From positions 1,116,001 to 1,180,000 of the forward strand of contig JAYWIR010000033.1 of NCBI GenBank assembly GCA_036172245.1: 64,000 nt of DNA, given 5' to 3'. This DNA is from Raillietiella orientalis (lineage: Eukaryota). A model generated the notes under the pieces. It ran no database searches. It was not told the origin of the DNA and saw only the letters and a list, made by a program, of their open reading frames with translations. Numbering within the stretch: the stretch's first letter is position 1; the number at the start of each line of letters is the position of its first letter. Shown one piece after another: positions 13,869-27,364 of this stretch. The translations under genes were made by a program, and so were the position numbers.

Positions 13869-14517
13869 TTATCCCCGTGGGAACGCGGCAGCAGCACTGG
13901 AAGAGGCAAGATGACACATAGAACGGAGCCCAAACATAGGAGGCTGTCCGTCCAGCTCGCCAGCAAGGGACTGCCGAGCAGCTGCCGCAGGACCACTGCG
14001 GGACTTCGCTCGATCGGGAGCGCCTGCGCGGACCCGTTGGAGTCGCGTTGCTGTGAAATCCGCGCAATAACTTTTTTTTTTTTCTTTTTCCATCACGCCG
14101 GGGACGGGGGTCCCTAGGCTGGTGAGTGTTCATTCCCGAGGAGATGGACGTCCCTCGCTCGCGTTCGCTCGTCGGCTGGAATGCAGGGACGAGAGTCTCC
14201 CGGTGATCGGATGGCTCGTATCCTTTTCCTAAGACCGAAAGAAGAGCCCGTTCGCAAGGGCAGCAGCTCAGCGGGACCGGGAATGCGGAGCGCGCCGAAA
14301 AGATGAGGAACGGGACTCGGTTGCGTGGTTGAACCCGATGAGGATACGTCAGCGAGTGCTGCTCGGCGGAAAGTGAAGGGAGCGTTTTCGGGAGGGGCGA
14401 TAGTGAACTTAAGGACCACAGGCAAGGTCAGCGTCAGAGCAAAAACGCCTCGACGGGACAGCCAGCCCAGTCCCCATCAGCCCGTCACGACTCCTCGAGC
14501 TGCAAGAGAAGCGCCGG

Positions 14518-14635
14518 AGATGAGCCGAAGACACGATGGTTAGCTTATGGTGACGTAGATGAGCCGATATGATGGTAAGCCATTAATGACGTAGATAAGC
14601 CGAAGACACCGTGTCTCTACACGAAGATGAGCTGA
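14518..14635 (+). repeat. Short degenerate tandem repeat (~32-39 bp, 3-4 units)
   Basis: AGAT(G/A)AGC(C/T)GA recurs at 14518, 14557, 14593 and 14625; the first intervening sequences are related (gatggt.agc...tgacgt). Confidence 0.75.
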
Positions 14636-15859
14636 CGATCCTCTTGGCCAATATAGCGCTGCTGCTGCAGATGAAAAAAACAGAAAAGAAAGGTGACTCG
14701 CTCAGGGTGCCTGATGAGGATGGTGTGAGTGGACATTGAGCAGAGCTGGGGCACGAACCGGAGAGACATCATAGACAACCGCCAAAGAGCCTCTGGCGGT
14801 GCAACAAAGTAGAGCAAAATCTATGAAACCCATACACCGAATTTGAACAAATCCACTGTGAGATCTTCGCGGTGAGGAACCTGTCAAACTGCATCCTTCC
14901 CGCAGGAAGAGCCAAGTAAACGTTCCTCCGAGGACCCGGAGCAAAGCTGTCTGGTCCTTGGTTACAGTGGCTTTGCGAATCGAGGAAGCTGCTTGCGCCG
15001 ATGGCAACTTCTCAAATGGTTTCCCGTGCATCTCTTGTGCGAAATGGAAGAATGGCACTTGGCCAGGCACTTTGGGAGAGCGGACCTGGAGTGGAGCACG
15101 TGCGCATTCGGAAACGGAAGTCGCCAGGCAGCCCCTTGTTGAATCGTAGCTCGGGAGTGGACCTTCGAGAGGGAAATGGAGGGGGAGCGAGCGTCTGCGA
15201 AGGGGTCCTGGGCGGCCAGCACCTCAGCACGTCTCAGCCCAAGACAAGCCTCATGCTGCATGCTTTTCCCGACCGCTGCGTGCAACTTGCACCGAGCATC
15301 CTTAGAGGGAGGGCCAGGAGTCCCTGCAGGTCACCGCGAACAAACTCGAGCCGCGAGAAGAACAACGGAAAGCTGAGAAAATATCAGGGAAAGGAAGAGG
15401 AAGTCACAAAACTCGCGGGGGTGGGGTGGGGGCTTTCGAGCCTGGCTTTTTCTCCCGAATGACCTAATGGAGGCTTCCCCTCCGTCGGTTTCCACACAGT
15501 GCCTGCGGTGGGGAGGGAGGCGCACGTCTCATCCACTCGGATGAGAGCTTTGCTAAAAGACAAACAAACAAACCATTAAATGGAGCCGCTCCGCGATGCG
15601 CCGCTTTCCGCTGTTTGCTTGAAACCCCCGCTCTACCCTTTCGTTGCCTCCTCGGACGGGTTCGTTACGAAAAGCAAACTGCACAGGCTGAGGCAAAGAG
15701 CGTCGTTTCTCGCCCGTCGGATCGACAGCGTTCAGGAGAGCCATCCTGCTGGCTCCGTCCCTGAGAGAGAGGCCTTTCTCTTCGGCAGGATACGACCAAG
15801 TGGCCTCAACCCGTCTTACTGCGAGACGCAGCGAGGCGAGCCCTAGCGTCACTCCCGGG

Positions 15860-15985
15860 ACCGAGATTTCTTCTCCGAAGAGAACCCCGAAGGGACGCTT
15901 TCCAATTATTCCTGAAGGGCGCTCCCCGAAGGGAACAGCGCACTTCTGGAGGCATCTCTGGAGAGGCATCAACCAGCTCCATGGT
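15860..15985 (-). mobile_element. SINE-like repeat, internal fragment G
   Basis: Reverse complement of ccatggagctggttgat at ~15968-15984 and of the adjacent body seen at 3100-3170. Confidence 0.55.
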
Positions 15986-16119
15986 GTGCGCACAACGTGA
16001 CCACATGGCCCGCGTTGGCGACCATGTGGCTGAGAATCAATAAATATCAAGAGAAGAGGAAAAAGGAGCCTGGGAGTGCGGAGAGTCCACCAGCACCGCA
16101 CTCTCCGGAGCCACATCTT

Positions 16120-17920
16120 CCTTGAGCCCTGCCTGCGATGTCCGACCTCCCCATTGTCGACTCAGGAATGGTCCTCCTGCCCCCCCTCCCTTTCCCAAAA
16201 TCGAGGGAGGAGCGAAGTTCTGCCTTTGCTTGGATGAGGCGCAGGGGCGTCCTCCAGCGACCTGGAGGTCGCAAAAACCGCCGCCTGGGAAGCGGTCCTC
16301 CGGCACCAGCAGCTTTCCCCTGCTTAATGAGCTGCGGAGGAGCTGGCAAGCCTGCAAGAGAAGCGGGAGGTACCCAGGGACGCAGGGTAGCCTCCGCTGT
16401 TCGAAGCCGCGCCCCTTCCCGTGCAGTGACCACCGGCGTCCCCTGTACGACTGCCGTGTTGGCGCCGCCGCACGCCGACGACCTCCGTCTCCTGATCCGC
16501 CTCAAAGACTTGGTGGTTCCGCGGCGGAATGCCCGTTCGGGCATCCCGACTCTGGAATGAATCGGCTGCAAGTGCATTCCCGAATGCTGACACTCTGTGC
16601 CAAGCTGTGGACATTCCCGTTGTGTGCCCCAGCACGCATCATCTTGGGGAGACGCGCCGGAAGCAAAGGACCGTTCTCGCTGCTGCCGAGCACACACAAG
16701 AGGATGAAGGGATTCGGCTTCCCACTCAGGCAATTCGCCTCCCTAGTGAACGCCCACCGTGCATCCCCTGCCGCCCGACGAACTTCAATGCCTGGCGGCA
16801 GGACGATGTTGAGTCCTGAGCGCATTTCAAGGAATGTGCCCTGAAGATCTTTGCCCCCCTGCGACACTTTGTTGCCTCCACCTTTGGAAGTGGCGAAGCA
16901 GGACTCGGCAAAGTGGTCGACCCTGGACGCTACGCCCCTCGCCGCAGCGCTGCCTGTCCTCAGGGCAAGAGATGACAGCAGCCTACCGACGAGGTGGGAG
17001 TTTTCCAGCACCATCGCGGGAAAAAACAGACTTCTCGGTGTCTGGAAGACGCGTGAGTGAGTGGAAGCTGCCACTCCGCGTGCTTTGGGGAAAGGACTCC
17101 TTCGGTGGGGGGAACTTTTGGGTGTTGCCCCCGAAGAACTTGTAATCCTTCCCCATTGTGTGGACGGTTCGTTGTTCCCCCTTCCCTGGAAGCAGACGGC
17201 GCCGAGTTTCCGGAGGGGTTGCACCTCCGAACTGTTCCGGGTGCGGGTAGACGGAGTCGATCCCGCCGCAGGTGCTTCTGGACTGCGCTGCCCTCCAAGG
17301 ACTGTGGCGGAGGCTGGCAGCAGCACTCCTGCACTAAGGGGACACCGCTCGAGATGGACTGCGGCGGTCCTACGCGCCGAGAGGCCTCTCGACGGGCGCT
17401 GCAATCGCAGCCAAGGGTTGCATCCGCGCCGTCGTTGAGGTTCGACAGATGCTGGAAACCGCCGCTCAGCGAAGGGAGGTCACCAGGATGGCAGCCACGT
17501 ACATGAGGGCGGCTGCAAGGGGGCCTCACCTGGAAGACGATGCCAAGGAGGAGATCACCGGCATCCACCGCCGGTTGATGGACGGTTTGGAAAGGCGGAC
17601 CCCAGAATCCTCGTCACCATTCTCTCTTTATATATATATTTTTTTGATTATTTTCCATCCCCGTTGGCTCCGTGAGTTCCCTGATGCTTTCTATTTTCAA
17701 CCTGGTAAACGCGGAGCAAAGGCAAATATCCCTGCCCTTTCCCATCCACTTTGTTTGTTTTTGTTGTCCCCTTATTCCTTCCCCGTTCGGACTCTCTATT
17801 GTCCCAGCCTGGGTGCCGTTATACCCCCACCCCCCTTGTTTCTTGTAGTCTTCGGTTGGGAGCTTTTGTTCCCAAACGGTTTATTTTTAATAAACGCCCC
17901 GGCGCGATCGGGTGAAAAAC
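16120..17920 (+). mobile_element. Long decayed Tx1-like element 3' portion
   Basis: Peptides FGFPLRQ, LGVWKTRE, KGLLRWGELLGVAPEEL and PHLEDDAKEEITGIHRR; pyrimidine-rich 3' UTR; AATAAACGCCCCGGCGCGATCGGGTG at 17889-17914. Confidence 0.8.
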
Positions 17921-18299
17921 CTCCGTCTCCTGCTCACCAGCGGGGTCTGTCGAGGAATTCGTCTAGCTGCCACGTCGTCGAACATGCGTGGGAGCGAAGC
18001 AGGACGAGGTCAAAGGTCGCTCCTGCAGACGCGGGATGGCAAGCGCAGCCGGACTGGCTCCACTTGAAGATTTCCGAGGGCAGCACCATGAAATACCATG
18101 GTACGCCCTTAGTTGACTTCTGTTCCGTAGAGGTTTTGGCTGCAGTTCTCTTCGGAAAACAGAATTGCCGCTGGGGCGGTACCAAGATGGCAAGGTTGGC
18201 TTCTGGGAACGGGACTCTATTTGTAATCTCTTCCTTGTCCCCTTCTCCAGCCCTCCTCTTTTTGCTCCGCTCCCGCCATGAGGGATGAGGCGCAAGACT

Positions 18300-19330
18300 G
18301 ATGGCCTCTTGCAGAAAGCACTGTGGCTCGCCGCGAGGCCAAAGGGTCGCCTCAGAAACCTAGTTGCACCACGAAGAAATGCAAAAATCAGCGTCCCCAT
18401 CTCAAAGAAGATGTAGCTCCAGCTCCAGGTCAGGACGGTGGCTGTGATGGCCGAGAACCGGGTGCAGCTTCGGCGCCTGCCTGCGCACGAAATCCTGAGG
18501 CGCACGACCTGTTGTCAAGTGGGAATGACGCCGTTGCTACCTCGCAACCGAGGCCGCGTCAAGTCGCTCGAACTCCCACTGAGGCAGATGGCTGCCCTCG
18601 AGGAAGAACACCAATGGATCTCCTGCTGGAGCGGCATACCACAACGCTTGGCGGCAGGAGGCAGTGCGCATCCCCATCACGCGTCCTAAGCCACGCCCGT
18701 GCTTCTCATCCGCGAACTGAGGCCCGTCTTCCTGGTGGCAATGGACCACAGGAATCTGAACCACTGCCAGTTACTACTCCATCTTTCCTACGAAAAAGAA
18801 ACGGCAGCTGCCGACCGGCGACCTCGTGTTACGAAATTGATGCGTCAGTGGACGCCGGCCGATTGTCTGACGCGGTCCCTCACCCGGTGCCAGCGCTACA
18901 GGGCCGCGGCGCTGGTCGGTATACCTGGAGGTTGTCGCCGCTGCCCTCTGTCTGGAGAGCTATGCGCTCCCTCCTCTCTCCGATGGCGGCACGAGGGCGT
19001 CCCTCGAAACCAGCTTTGCGTCTCCCCGAACCGTTCAGTCCACGGGCGGGTGGGAACTCCCACGCACCTGCTGCCGACCTGCGGTGGCCTTCCGAGCGCG
19101 TGGAGCCGCCTCCCGGCTGCCCTCCTTCGACCCGGGGACACGCCGGAAGCGCTTCCTCGGCGCTGGGTCACTCGTGGCGGGCTTCCGCTTGCTTCCCCGA
19201 CCTCCCCATCCTGTGCTGCGTGAGGAGGACTGCGGCATCCCGGAACACGCAGGAGGCGCGCCAGCAAGGAAGGAGGACCACACGCTCCAGCTCGGCAGCA
19301 AGGAGGAACGTGGCAAAATTTGCCTCTGAA
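18300..19330 (+). mobile_element. More diverged L1/Tx1-like ORF2 fragment
   Basis: LELPLRQMAAL resembles the FGFPLRQ block; decayed zinc-finger-like region near 19010-19085. Confidence 0.4.
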
Positions 19331-21762
19331 GGACTCCAGAGTCAAGGAAGATGCCAGCAACTTTCCGAAGAAGTAGCGAGTATCTCTGTCCCTTCCCTTA
19401 TTTATCCATGACGTGTCCCCTCTCCTGCCCTCTTCCTGCTCATCTATGTAGCTGCACTGCCTTTTCTCTGTTTTTCCTTGTCTCTCGCTGGATTTTTCAT
19501 GGACCATTGGATTCCTTAATCCACACTGTCTGCTGATTCTTTCGGAGAAACTGGGTGAAGATGGCCGCGGCGTTGGTTGCACGGTGATTCCCAGTGCAAG
19601 GGCAGCGTTGCCACGTGCTACATTCAGGGCGGAATCCCTAATACAAATATTGGGGGAACGGTGGGCACTGCTAATCATCCAACAGGCTGCCCAAGGGTGC
19701 CTGCTCGCCAGACTATCCCTTGTAAGCGATCACGTGGTGTCGCAGCGTGCGGGAATTTTCGGCTCAGAGACTTCTCATTGCTTGCTTGACTGACACGTTG
19801 CTGCAGGAAGCCCCTCATTCACTCGGCCGTAGTTGCGGAAGAATGCTCGAAAGGATTGAAACGGAAATGATCTCATCTGACCCAGGAAGCCAAGAACAAA
19901 ATCCTTCTCATCTCTCTCATAGAGCCTCCGGGCAGCAATCAGGTGATCGGTGACCCCGTCTGTCTTTCAGACACCCTACAGTGACCTCATCACAGCGCTG
20001 CGTTTAGGAGCTTGGTTGGCTACGCCTCTGGAGTTTCTCGCTTGTTTGCTTCCTCATGATGATCAGTTGGAAACCAAGAGCAGCCCTCTCCCTGGTCACC
20101 ATCGCTAGGCTATTGGCGACAGCACCGGTCTTACAGTCTCAGCCTCTGACCTACAAGTGGACTTCCAAAACGTAGACAAACGCAGTTCCTTGTGGTGGGA
20201 AGATGCGATTGCAGCAGTGATGTCTTCGCCAGTCCACTGCAACGAACGTCAACCCGACAGTCGACTCTTCAGCGGGTTTGTGACCACGCGGTGACTGCGT
20301 TCCTTCAGGGCAATCTAGCGGGAAAAGGGGAGAATCTGAATATCAAACCAGGAGGTTCCAGCGGAAGAATTCGTAGAATTTGAGCTTGGTATGTGAAGAA
20401 GAGGAAGAAGAAGAAGAAGAAAAAACGCGCAGTTCTCCTCGCTTCAAGGACGGCGGCTGAGCACAGCGGCGATCAATCATCGCTTCAGCCCCACAGAAAT
20501 GCATGCATGCTGCCTGGAGAGATGGATGGTAAGGATTACTGCTTCACAGAAATTTCTCCGAGACCGAACTTCCGGAGGAGTGGACCGTGCTACCGACTAT
20601 CGTTGACGAATGTCTTAGCAGCAGAATTCTAAGAATTCCTTGATGAGATGGAAGAAATGTCTTCCAGTAGGTGGAGATTTTTGACTCGCTGCAGCTGAGG
20701 TAATGCAACAGCCACTTACGGACAGATAGGGGATCGGTCGTGCTTTCCATGAAGCTGCATCTTTTAAATTCACCTTCCCATTTACTAGCATCTACTTGGG
20801 ATACAATGAGAAAGGGTGTCCTCCTGTATGGGCGGAAAGCAAGTCCACCATGGATAAGGAACTCGGATCCACACGATTTGGCATCCCACGTAGCTCGTCC
20901 ACTCCTCTCTCAAGGGTAAAATCAACAGCTGTATCGCTGTCTCTTGCACTGATCATCCAAGGTGCAAGTCATCAAGCCCTTATGCATCGGTGGATACGAC
21001 ACAATGTGGTCGCGTTTTTTCTTTCTCCACATCCTTGATATCACACCTTTGCACTTGCTACGCAGAGGTCAGCATCATCACAAGATGTGGTACAGACTTA
21101 GTTCTCCAAAAATGAAGCGTTCGATTACCCTTGTACGTGACGGTTCTGAGGAGATCGCTTCGTGATGGCCGAAGTGCTGCAAAACTGCAGCAGTTATCTG
21201 GGAGTTTCTTCCCGAAACCGCTAAGACGTGTGCAGCGTGACTCACCTGAAGGAGTAAGTCACTGGTCCCGAAAAAAGGTGGCGCGCGCAAGAGCCTAGCC
21301 TACATCCGTCTCCCGTGACAGAACCGCCCCTACTGAATGCTGAACCCTGGTCCGTCTATCCAGTTTTCACTGACTCGCACTCTCCCTATCCCTTTCAGCC
21401 CACTGGTAGGAACGAAGTGGTTCCAATAGCGAAGGAGAAGTTCAGCTCCTCTCTTTGGAGACTCCGGAATTGGGAATTCGCTGAAGAGCATGCGACGCGA
21501 CCGGTCTTGGGAACGGATGGCGCTAAATCGTAAACCCTGCATCCAGCAGCTTGTTGCAGACTGGTTCCGAGTAGCTGTAGGTGAGCGTTGGCCGATCTGC
21601 CAGCGCGATGACCCTGCCCGCTGGCAGTGACGGCCTACGTAAACGACTTCCATCTCCCGCTATTCCTATCCTCTCCGGAGGCTTAGCTGGAAGAGTTCTT
21701 CTGCGGTGTTGCGGAGCGACGCATGGATCACCGGAGACAAATGCAAGGAAACCTTGGTTGGG

Positions 21763-22480
21763 TTGGCACTCGGTTGCGTCGGGGCATTTATTTACATGGA
21801 AATAAACATACAAGTCAGTGGCAGTACGCTTGGTGCTGCCTCGTTGCATACATACGAAAAGGACCCTGCCGAGAACCGGCACGCAGGCCGGCGTGGTCCG
21901 GAAGCATATGGGAAAGGGAGACAACAAAAAAGAAAAATAAAACAAAGAGCATATCAAAAAAAACATGGGGAGGGTTCGGGAAGGGATCACCGTGTGCTGG
22001 AGGGCGTCCTCTGCATCCTTTGCAGGCTGCGGCCAAGTTCCTGTTTTAAGGTTCCCAGAAGGGTATTCTCATGAAGAAGACGGCAAAATGGATGACGACC
22101 CTGTCGTTCTGACATTCTCTGGAGTTGCTGCATGCAGCCACGATCCCGAACGGGCATGGAGCCGGCGTGATGGCGTTGTGCTGGAGAAGGTGCTTCAGAA
22201 TGTCACTGGAGTTGCCCTCGGGGTTCCTCAGGGACGCGACAAGACGTTTCCACAAAGGACGGAGGGCAACACAATCTATGTGGGACTCTATGGGGAGGGA
22301 CTCTGTTTCTCCGCACCTGCTGCAGTTGGGACTTGCACCCTCTCGGGTCAAGTGGTGTCGGCAGGCGTCGCACGGGAGGCCCCAATGCAACAGCAGGGTC
22401 GCCGACTCCTGCCACTTTAGATGAAAGATTGTGCTGTTGGACGGGTGGGCTCATCTGCGAGGGTGGTGGCGGAGGACAGC
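21763..22480 (-). mobile_element. 5'-truncated Tx1-like element
   Basis: Peptide HWGLP...PNCSRCGETESL..HIDCVALRPLWKRL...LLQHNAITP; terminal motif at 21792-21767. Confidence 0.85.
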
Positions 22481-23370
22481 CACATTGTGTCCGTCTGTTC
22501 CTCTCTATGGGATGTACCTTCAAGAGCCTTGGGTCTTCCCCGACTTCTCTCTTGCTGAAGCCTACTCCCGTTGCCTTCGCAGGACAAAAGAGGCGCTTCA
22601 CCACTTCTCCATTTGTAGGCTGCTCTTGTCGGAAAAGGCTGCGGCTTGGAATTCTTTTGCTGTTGTCCTCCTCCGTTCTGTTTGATTTCTCCTTCTGAGA
22701 AATCTTCAACATTGGGAAGAAGCGAATGGCGTGCGGAGGAGCGCATTTCCGTTCGCCGTTTCGTTTTGTCATGCGCTCCGCACGGAACGGCATGGACTCG
22801 ATTTAAACCCACCAGCTCAAAATCAAAAAAGAAGCCTGGGACATCTCCTGCTTGCCTTGCATTCCTTCGCTCCGTGCTAATCAACTTTTGTGTGTTCGCT
22901 ATTGGGAGATGGGAGTATCCCGCCATTCTGTGAGGAGCTGATCTTCCGTGCAGTATCTAAGCGACCACGCTCATCATGGTGCACCCTGAAGCTGGGAAGG
23001 AGAGAGCAGAGCGAGTGACTCCGGCAGCTGAGCATCTGTGCATCTGCTGGCTTCTAGAGAGATGCAATCATTGTCATTAGTCCACGCGGGGTGCTTCCAG
23101 ACAGGAAAATGAACGTCCAAAGTAAACATCAGTCCTAAGGAACTTTCCTCGTACGCCGACTTCTAAGTCGCCTACACAGGAAAACAGGAAACACTAAGGC
23201 AAGCGAACAATCAAAAAAATGAATAAATAATGAGGGAAGGGAAGGAATCACAGCTTACATTGGCTGAGCCCTCTGTAGCCTCCCTGAGATTCAGCAGGCA
23301 ACCTCCTTTCTTCACTGCAGCAGAGTAGGCCCTTCGGCGACACTCCTCATCGTTGAGGAACCTCCTCCAC

Positions 23371-23424
23371 CTAAGCTAACCTTGCCTTACCTAACCTCAA
23401 TTTATCTTACCTAACCTAAGCTAA
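23371..23424. repeat. Degenerate CCTAA-like pentamer tract
   Basis: ctaagctaaccttgccttacctaacctcaa...ttacctaacctaagctaa shows 5-nt periodicity. Confidence 0.55.
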
Positions 23425-23439
23425 AATTCTGGAGCTCCT

Positions 23440-23960
23440 CAACGGCTCTGACGCCTCCTAAATGCCTTTCCTGACGCATCCCGCGTGTACTGGGACTCGA
23501 TGAGGGATTGACACCTGTCCGGCAGGCTGAGGTCCGCAACGGGTGAAGAAGCGACGCAGCAGCTCCTTCGGAAAGTTTTCGGGTCGGAGCAGGGCAGCCC
23601 CAGGTAGGTTCCAAGCAATCCGAAGGACACTGCGTGCCGAAAGCAGATGCGGGATCGTTCCTAATTCCCCGCATCTGGAGAGCTTCTGTTTGAGTGCCAG
23701 ATGCCGGCACAGGTTGCACGGGAACGGGCCCCAAGCGCGCGTACGGCCAAGATGCGAGGATCTCCAGCCCACCAGTGGACGTCCATGGTTATCCATTCGG
23801 ATGAAGGAGGGCGGCGATGTGTCTCAGAAGGTGGAGGTGGCCCCGAAGGTCCACTTTTCCGGGTCCTCTCTCACGTGCTTCAAGGGTACCGCGGCCCGTT
23901 TCTGGATTGCGAACTGGGAGAGCCGAGGCTGGGTCGGTCTTCGCGACGTGGTTGCTGACT
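23440..23960 (-). mobile_element. Decayed L1/Tx1-like zinc-finger fragment
   Basis: Peptide LSRCGELGTIPHLLSARSVLRIAW resembles the zinc-finger block of the other copies. Confidence 0.45.
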
Positions 23961-24429
23961 CCCACCGCTTCCGGTAGGTGAGGCAGTTCGAGATCCGAGA
24001 GCTGCCTTGATCTGGTGCACATAAGCTGCGCGAAACGTAGTAGCGCGGGATGGAATAAGTATGATTCCGTGTCGGACGCTTCGCGGTTCCCGAGTTCCAG
24101 CATGATGATGGTGAGGTGGCACAAACCGTGTTCACTGGTTGGAGGACACACTCAGACGCTTGTTCCAAAAATGAATGAGCCCCTGATCAGGAGACCAATA
24201 TCCTCTAAATATAAAAGTGTGCCAAAGGCAAAAACAGTTCATTGGGGATGACCACCGGCACGTAGGCCAGCTTTTATGGAAGTCCGGGAGGGAGAGGACA
24301 AGAGATGAAGGAGGAGCAAGAGACGGGAGAGTGGGGACAGGGGTCTTTGGTGTGACACGTTCCGTGGTTCTTGAAACCAGCTCTGTGTGGTGGTTATCTC
24401 ACTGATGACCTCTTCTGGCCGGTGAGGTC

Positions 24430-25040
24430 ACCTTGCAGCCAGTCTCGCTAAGGCGTCTGCCATGCTAATGGGCTCCCTTCTGTGCAAAAGAGACTCCAAC
24501 ACAACACCGAATGAAGGGACCGTCACCATGGTGCGGATGCAACAGACCGTTGCGATCGCAGCGCCCGTCGTCAGTCCGCCTAGAGTGAAGAGGCGCTGCA
24601 GCAAGTGCGAAGCGGGGGGAGTCCTGCGGTCGACGGAGTGTCGAAGGGAATCTCCACCACATGTCCTCCAGAGTAGCGCAGTCCAGCCTGGAACAGTTGG
24701 AGGAGGCAAATTCCCCGGAGAGAAGGCGCATGGACTGCTTGCACCGAAAGCGCCAGTGGGGGAACAGCAGAACGTCCGGTTGCCACCGTAGGGGTAGCAC
24801 CGTAGTGACCACACGCGGGGGAGGGATCGCGTGTTCTTCAGGAGGCACACACAAAGCAGGTCACTCCATTGAAGGAGTTCCTTCGCCTGGAAACGAGGAG
24901 TAACACCGTCCACCAATCTCTCGTCTTGCAGCCGCCGAGGAGTTTCTCGACTTTCGCAATTCTGCAAAAGTCCTATCCCTGCGGCTGGCTGCTGTCATCG
25001 TTTGCCCTGAGGTCAGGCAGTGCTGCGGCAAAGGGTGTGT
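24430..25040 (-). mobile_element. Decayed Tx1-like ORF2 fragment
   Basis: Peptides KELLQWSDLL and VLPLRWQPDVLLFPHW..SNCSRLDCATLEDMWWR; closely parallels the 31.3-32.7 kb copy. Confidence 0.7.
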
Positions 25041-27364
25041 GACTGCTATCTGGAACGCGGTGAGGTGGTTGTACTCTTCTCACATTTGGATGCGTCCGTG
25101 AATTTCTGTGTTCCAACCAGAAGCTGGTAGAGCTGTGTCTTTGGAGTTTTCCGTCCCCTGTGCTTCACGCGCGCAGCCCGTGAGAGCAGGAGAGCCCATG
25201 GGTCCTCGTGTGGCGACGTTGCCAAGCAGCAGCGATTCCTCGTGGCGTGAAAGCATCGGTTGCCGTGTACTCTGCAAACCGAAGAAGGGGAAACGGCTGG
25301 ACGGACGGACTTGCGACGCAGCAGAGACGAATACGGCATTGCATCTTCCTCAGGACAGTAAAAAATAAATACATAACAGGTCTCCTCAAAGAATGTGCGT
25401 TGCTGACACTCGAAGAAACTCCTAGACAGGTACCTACCACAGCCCATGAATGACGATATCAGCGTGACAAGAAACCAACTCGTGCTGGATTGCAGCACTG
25501 TGAAAGGGACAAAGAAAACTCTGTAAGGAAGGAATGCAATGGAAAGCGCTCTGCTGATGATGTTATCTGCAGATGCAGATGCTGGTGACAACTCTAGCCT
25601 ATCTGTTGCCGAAGCCATCAGTTACACAGGCAAATAGTGGACCATGAGCTTTCTCAAGTTTGAGAAGGCAAGAGTGACGAAAGGGATGTCTTTTTTTTTT
25701 GTTTGTTTTACCATTTGAGCTTTCGTTGGCTCCACATTCGACTCCCATAGCTGGAGAGAGATGAGGAAAGGATGGTAAGGAGCACCAGTTACAATGCGGG
25801 AAACGTGAAACGTTTCAAAATTCACCTTTAATTTCAAGAGAGTCGCGACTTTCCATCCAGGGATTTATACAGAGGAGAGGAGGCTGCCATGTGGTGACCT
25901 CCAAATCCGAAATTGAGACTCTTCGCAGAGTCCCTGAGGAGGCACTTCTGCAAATTCCTCTGCTGCTTTCCGGTTCGGTAATACTTTCAAGATTCATCCA
26001 TGCTGAGGTGGTCGGGCTGCTTTTAGGAGGATCCGTCTTCAGGTACAGTTTCCATAGAGTAATCCGAATTTCTAGAAGGATTTAGAAATTCGGGAATTTG
26101 CAGGGATAGTTTGTATCCAAGATGATGTGACACGCTGCTCGAATCCCACTGGGATGGTAGCATCAGGTAAAGATTCAGTAAAATTATTCAAGGAGCTCTC
26201 AGCCTCAGCTCGCACCTGGACTATGAGGATTCTGGAAAATTTTCAAGGGGGGCCTTACATAATTATGTAACGATCAAGTACATTTAATAGGTCTCCTTTA
26301 GAGGTCCCATGAAACACGTATCAGCATTCGGAGAAGCTTCTATTTGGAGCAGCAAAACCTCAACTCAATTTTTTGGAGTTTGAGAAGGTACTTCCTGTAC
26401 ATACACGCGTTACGGTTCAGGGACTCCCACGTATCCCTTCGTGCTAACAACTGGATAAGGGGATCGAGGTTTGCTTGTTCCTAAGCGCGGTGTGCTTCCT
26501 GAATGCTTCCCTGGTGGAAGGCGGGCTGTCATTGTCTGAGACACTGCTTCTTAAGACGCAACCAGTAGAGCTCTCCCAGGCCGGGTTCAGGGAGTGTGGA
26601 TAAAGGATTGATGTGGACTCGGGAACAACAACAACAACAAAAACAAAGTTAAATGAAATAAAAATAAAGAATTCGAACCCGCCAGAGAGGAGTTTTCGCA
26701 AACCAGTTATTATGCGCCAGAAGGCAGACCATTTCCTCTGGACTGCAGATTGCTCGACAGCATGCCTGTTTAGGAAATGCGCCTCAGGCAACGATTTCCT
26801 TCGTACAGCGAATGCCAATTTCCTAAAATTCAAAAGTCATCCCCCCCCCTCCCTCCTCCTCTTCCCTTTTTTCGTTACACGAATGTCTCCTCCAATTACA
26901 TAGGTCCAACTATTAGGTAAAATAGTGGATTTCAACCAGCCATCTCACATCGGGGAGGCAAATTACAATTTCGAAAAATTACCGTGGGCCACACAGGAGA
27001 ACGTTGAGGGCCGCGTACGATCCAGGAACGAAGGCTGTGGAGGCACGCAGGTTGCCTAGCTGCACAGCGTGTGCACTCCTTGAGGAGTCCTCACGAGAAG
27101 GAGAAACTGCCGCCAAAGGCCCAGACACAGGCGGGTGATCCACGAGTGTCACCATTCAAAAGCTTCTTCGCCATTCGAACGGTTACACGGGGTCCCGCTG
27201 CATCTCGGGATTTCCACAGCTTCATCTCTTTAATTGTAGCTAAAGCGATAGAACGACTTCCATCTGCATTCCGAGATTCCTTCTCATCGGTGATCGGGCT
27301 GGATGCTGTGACTGCTGCCAGTATACGCTCCTGAAGGATGGTGTTGCGTTTCCTGAATGCCCGC

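Noticed and set aside
14518..14635. CRISPR-like periodic repeat
   Set aside because: The intervening sequences are related to each other, the repeat core is only ~11 bp, no cas genes are present and the context is eukaryotic.
16502..17404. 300-aa minus-strand ORF
   Set aside because: Antisense shadow of the plus-strand LINE remnant.
18323..19411. Longest ORF (362 aa) as a protein-coding gene
   Set aside because: Low-information R/P/A/S-rich translation of a GC-rich decayed retroelement; no recognisable domain.
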